Shown one piece after another: positions 60,208 through 64,000 of a DNA stretch of 64,000 bases (its first letter is position 1; every line of letters starts with the position of its first letter). The translations under genes and the position numbers were made by a program. This DNA is from the human T2T-CHM13v2.0 reference genome, Homo sapiens, in NCBI RefSeq assembly GCF_009914755.1, contig NC_060927.1, one strand, 5' to 3'. The notes below the pieces were generated by a model, which had not been told where the DNA came from, made no database searches, and worked only from the letters and a program-made list of their open reading frames with translations.

Positions 60208-60694
60208 CAGAAGGAGATCAGTTTAGATCTCGGCCACAGCAATAATCTCTAAGGGATATGGAGTCCTGCTGTATACCAGACACTGCTGTCAGTGAGGGCT
60301 CTAGAGGTGTCCACATCCTGGCTCCACCGTTTATTATCTTTGTGACCTTGGAAAAGTTACTTAAATCCCTCCTTGCCTCAGTTTATCTGTAAACTGGGAA
60401 CAGTAATGGTTTCTACCTCCTTGGGTAGTTTTGAGGTTTGAGATACTACAAGTAAAGTGCTTAGCACATTGCCAGGAACATAGCCAGTGCCGTGTACACG
60501 CTTGTAAATTAAATTAAGAGAGAGGCCACCGCCACCATTGGTGCTGCCACGGATCAAGAAAGGGTGTTTGTGTTTAAGGTGGTCTCTAACGGCGGGTCCC
60601 CCAGGGTGAGATTATAGAGACTTTCCACCTGTGTTTGGTCCCTCCGTTTTCTTCATTGATGCTTAGAAGAAAACTTCAGCAGCATAAACCATAG

Positions 60695-61045
<351 letters not shown>

Positions 61046-61374
61046 GGGAGCATCATTTTTGTTGAATGAATTGATGAAGGAAAGAAATACTCTCATGTGG
61101 GAAAGTTCTCAGAAGAAAATGAAATTCAGAGCTGTGACACAGAACAGCTCCGTGGGGAACCTCAGGTAGTGTGACCAGAGAAGGCTCTGAAGAGCTGAGA
61201 ACTGAACAAGCTTCATTTTGCCTCCTCCAGAAGCCATCCCTGTCCAACTCCTCCAAAAGGATATTGACCTCCACAGCCTCTGTGCTAGCCCCTGTTCAAG
61301 CAGCCACCATAAACACCACAAACACCACAGCCTCATCTGTGTGTTTGTTTGCTCCCCATCCCCTGACATGGGCA

Positions 61375-61388
61375 CCTCCAGAGGGCAC
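61375..61388 (+). promoter_or_regulatory. CTCF-like motif
   Basis: CCTCCAGAGGGCAC fits CC(A/T)SYAGRKGGCRS. Confidence 0.45.
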
Positions 61389-64000
61389 CCAGAGCTGCAC
61401 ACCCAGTGATGATCACCAGACCCCGGGTAATCAGCCCGTGGAGAGCAGAGGAGCTGGAAAGAAGGAGAGGTGGGAAGGAGGTGGCAGAAGCCATTAGGGT
61501 GTCAATTGTAAAGGCCTGTAGCCTTCATCCTGTAGATGGGAAGGCACCCACATTGTCAGAGCAGGGCTGTTATCCAGTCCCATGTGGGTTTTCACCAGTG
61601 AGATCAGCCTCTATTATTTTGTGGCTATCCAGCATTCAACTCCTGTGACTGGCACCATGGTGTCTGCTTGGGGAGCCCCCCTCTGTGCGCCAGGCTGGTA
61701 GGAGGTTGTGCTGCCTCCGATGGAATCTCTTCTTCCTCCTTCTGCCTTGGAGCTGTTGGCCCCCAGGTCCTCTCTCCCAGGATTAGAGCAGGCAGGGCAA
61801 AAAGCTGGGGTCTGAAGACTACATTCCTACAGCTGGGGAGCAGCAGGAACACAGAGACCATCCATCTGCTCAAATAAGGAAACAGCCTCTCTCTTTGCAC
61901 TGTGATAGCATGCACAATTTACTGAGGACCTAGTATGTGCCAGGCTGTCTGATGGATGCCTTATATTTCTTTGCTGCTGGCAGCACTTTTCCCAGATGGC
62001 TGTATGGTTCACCCATTACTTCATTCAAGCAGAATATCACCTCCCACATCGCTGCCCCATGGGGGTGACCCCTGAGTACCCTGCGCTTTCATGGCACTGT
62101 CTAGACCACCTCTTACTCTGGCTTTATTTATATGCCTAGAATGTATCAGCACCCCCCAACTTTACATTGTGTATTTGTTGACTTTTGTTTGTCTATCTTC
62201 CTCATTGCACTGTCTGCCCCACAAGTAGGAATATTTGTTACTTAACAGCTGCATTTCATAGAATGATGCCTGGAACATGGGCGGCCCTTGATGAATAATT
62301 GTTAGACACATGAATAATTGGATGATTCTCATGCACTCCTCATAAAAACCTCATTTTCCGGAAGAGAAAATTGAGATGTTGAGGGGTTAAGTTGCTTACC
62401 CAGCATCTAGCTGAGCGTCTAGCTGAGTGTCTGGCACTTATGTTAACACATGTCTCCATTCCCTTTTTGTCTTCTCCCACATCTCCTCACTCCTGCTAAT
62501 AATAGGCTCCTTTGCACTGATTTCGCCTACATAGATTTCATCTCCATCCCAGCATTCCTAATACCCACTGCTATGCACGAGGTAGGCCTCACCCAGGCCA
62601 GTGATTCAGTGTTATCAAGGGGGCAGGAGTTGGGGGCAGAATGGGTAGGACCAGAGCATCCTGACTGGGAGGAGCTGGAACATGGGCCTTGGGGCTGGAA
62701 AATTGATGTCTCCCTCCCCCTGCTGCCAAAGTCCTATTGACTCCCTTGCTGAACCATCAATCTGTTTGTGAATCTGGGGGCCAAGATTGTGGAAGAGGCT
62801 GCAAAGAGACAATCCATCCTACAGGTGGGGAGACTGAGCCCCATTGCAGGCCCGAGAGGCTCCAAAGGCACATAGCCAGCTAGGGGCAGAGTTGGATATG
62901 AAATACTGCTAGGGCACTGGGGCAACACACCCAGCTTTGAGTCTCGGCTCAGCCTCTTGCTGTGTGACCTTAGGAAAATGGTGAACCTCCCTTAGCCTAT
63001 TTCCGTATCTGTATGGAGATGATGATAATAATAATGCCATCTCATAGGTTACAGCAATCATATATATAACACATTCACATTTCACAGAGCAACTGGCACA
63101 TAGCATGCACTCAACACATGATAGTTATTTGATGATGATGATTATGGCGATAAAGATGTGTATTGGAATCCAGCCCTCTAGGATCAGAGGAATCTTAAAG
63201 ATGATCAGGGCCACTGTTTCTCAAACTACTCTGTGCATCCAAATTACTTAGGTATGAAACAGATGCCCAGGTCCCCCTCAAGACCTCCCAAGTTGGACTT
63301 CCTGGCAGAGGTGGAGGGAAGTCTATCCCATCTCCACTGAGTAGTGGCCAACTGTGCTCAAACCTCTCTCAGGGAGAGCGGCTCACTCATCCCAGGGGAG
63401 CCCCTTGCATTTGGATACAATGGTGACTGGGACACTTCTTCCTCATACCAGTGAGAAATCAGCTGATAGAGGTTAGAGGGATCAGAGAAGGGAACAGTGG
63501 GTCCCCACTGTTCTGTGGCCCTTGATTTCTCCAGCTCAGAAATGGAGTAAGGCATGCCAGCTCTAAGTCTCTGTCTCTTCAAAAGGGATCTATGGACTCC
63601 CAGGTTTCCAGAGAGGAATGCTCAGGGCTCCAAGAATGAGAATTTCAAATGGTCTTTTTTTTTTTTCATTTTAACATGAATCTAACATCCTCATATTTCA
63701 AACTATTAGGATGACCTCATTATAACTGATAACTGTCCTCTAATTAACTTTGCTGTTTGAGTTTGCATTTTTGCTTATGGTCATAAGGTTCCCAGGAAAA
63801 CCACTTTTGTGATTTGGAGCCCAGGAGAAGAAAGCAGTAATTCACTGAAGCCCCTGCCCTGTGTGAAGAAAGGGTTAGGAGGAGGTGGGCTAGAGGAAAG
63901 GGGTTGGGAGGTTTGATTCATCTCATGACAGAGGGTGATAGATGGTGCCAAATTTAATGGGCCCTACATGGTGACAATTGACACCATGATCAGGCTACAA

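Overview
Primate (most likely human) genomic DNA containing the 5' three coding exons of WNT7A on the minus strand: exon 1 CDS 54413-54343 (71 nt), exon 2 49770-49544 (227 nt) and exon 3 29440-29169 (272 nt). All have canonical GT-AG sites and join in frame to give 190 codons. The last coding exon is not in the window and must lie left of position 1. The window also holds the CpG-island promoter, a second CpG island in intron 1, about 9 kb of upstream DNA, four Alus, many old L2/MIR/L1M/MLT/MER/L3 fragments, and simple repeats. Almost all ORF-track entries are non-coding artefacts. The observations most worth following up are: (1) a ~270-bp, ~90% identical direct repeat bracketing the promoter and exon 1; (2) other short local templated duplications at about 1.1-1.7 kb spacing, one inserted in an L2 tail and one starting at a palindrome; (3) an out-of-frame upstream ATG giving a 63-aa ORF that overlaps the WNT7A start; (4) a 1.26-kb AG-free pyrimidine tract leading into an antisense Alu that could form a stop-free, in-frame 234-nt cryptic exon; (5) an Alu whose tail has become a GAA repeat; (6) a divergent pair of CTCF-like motifs upstream. 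Repeat subfamily names come from recalled consensus sequences and all alignments were done by eye.
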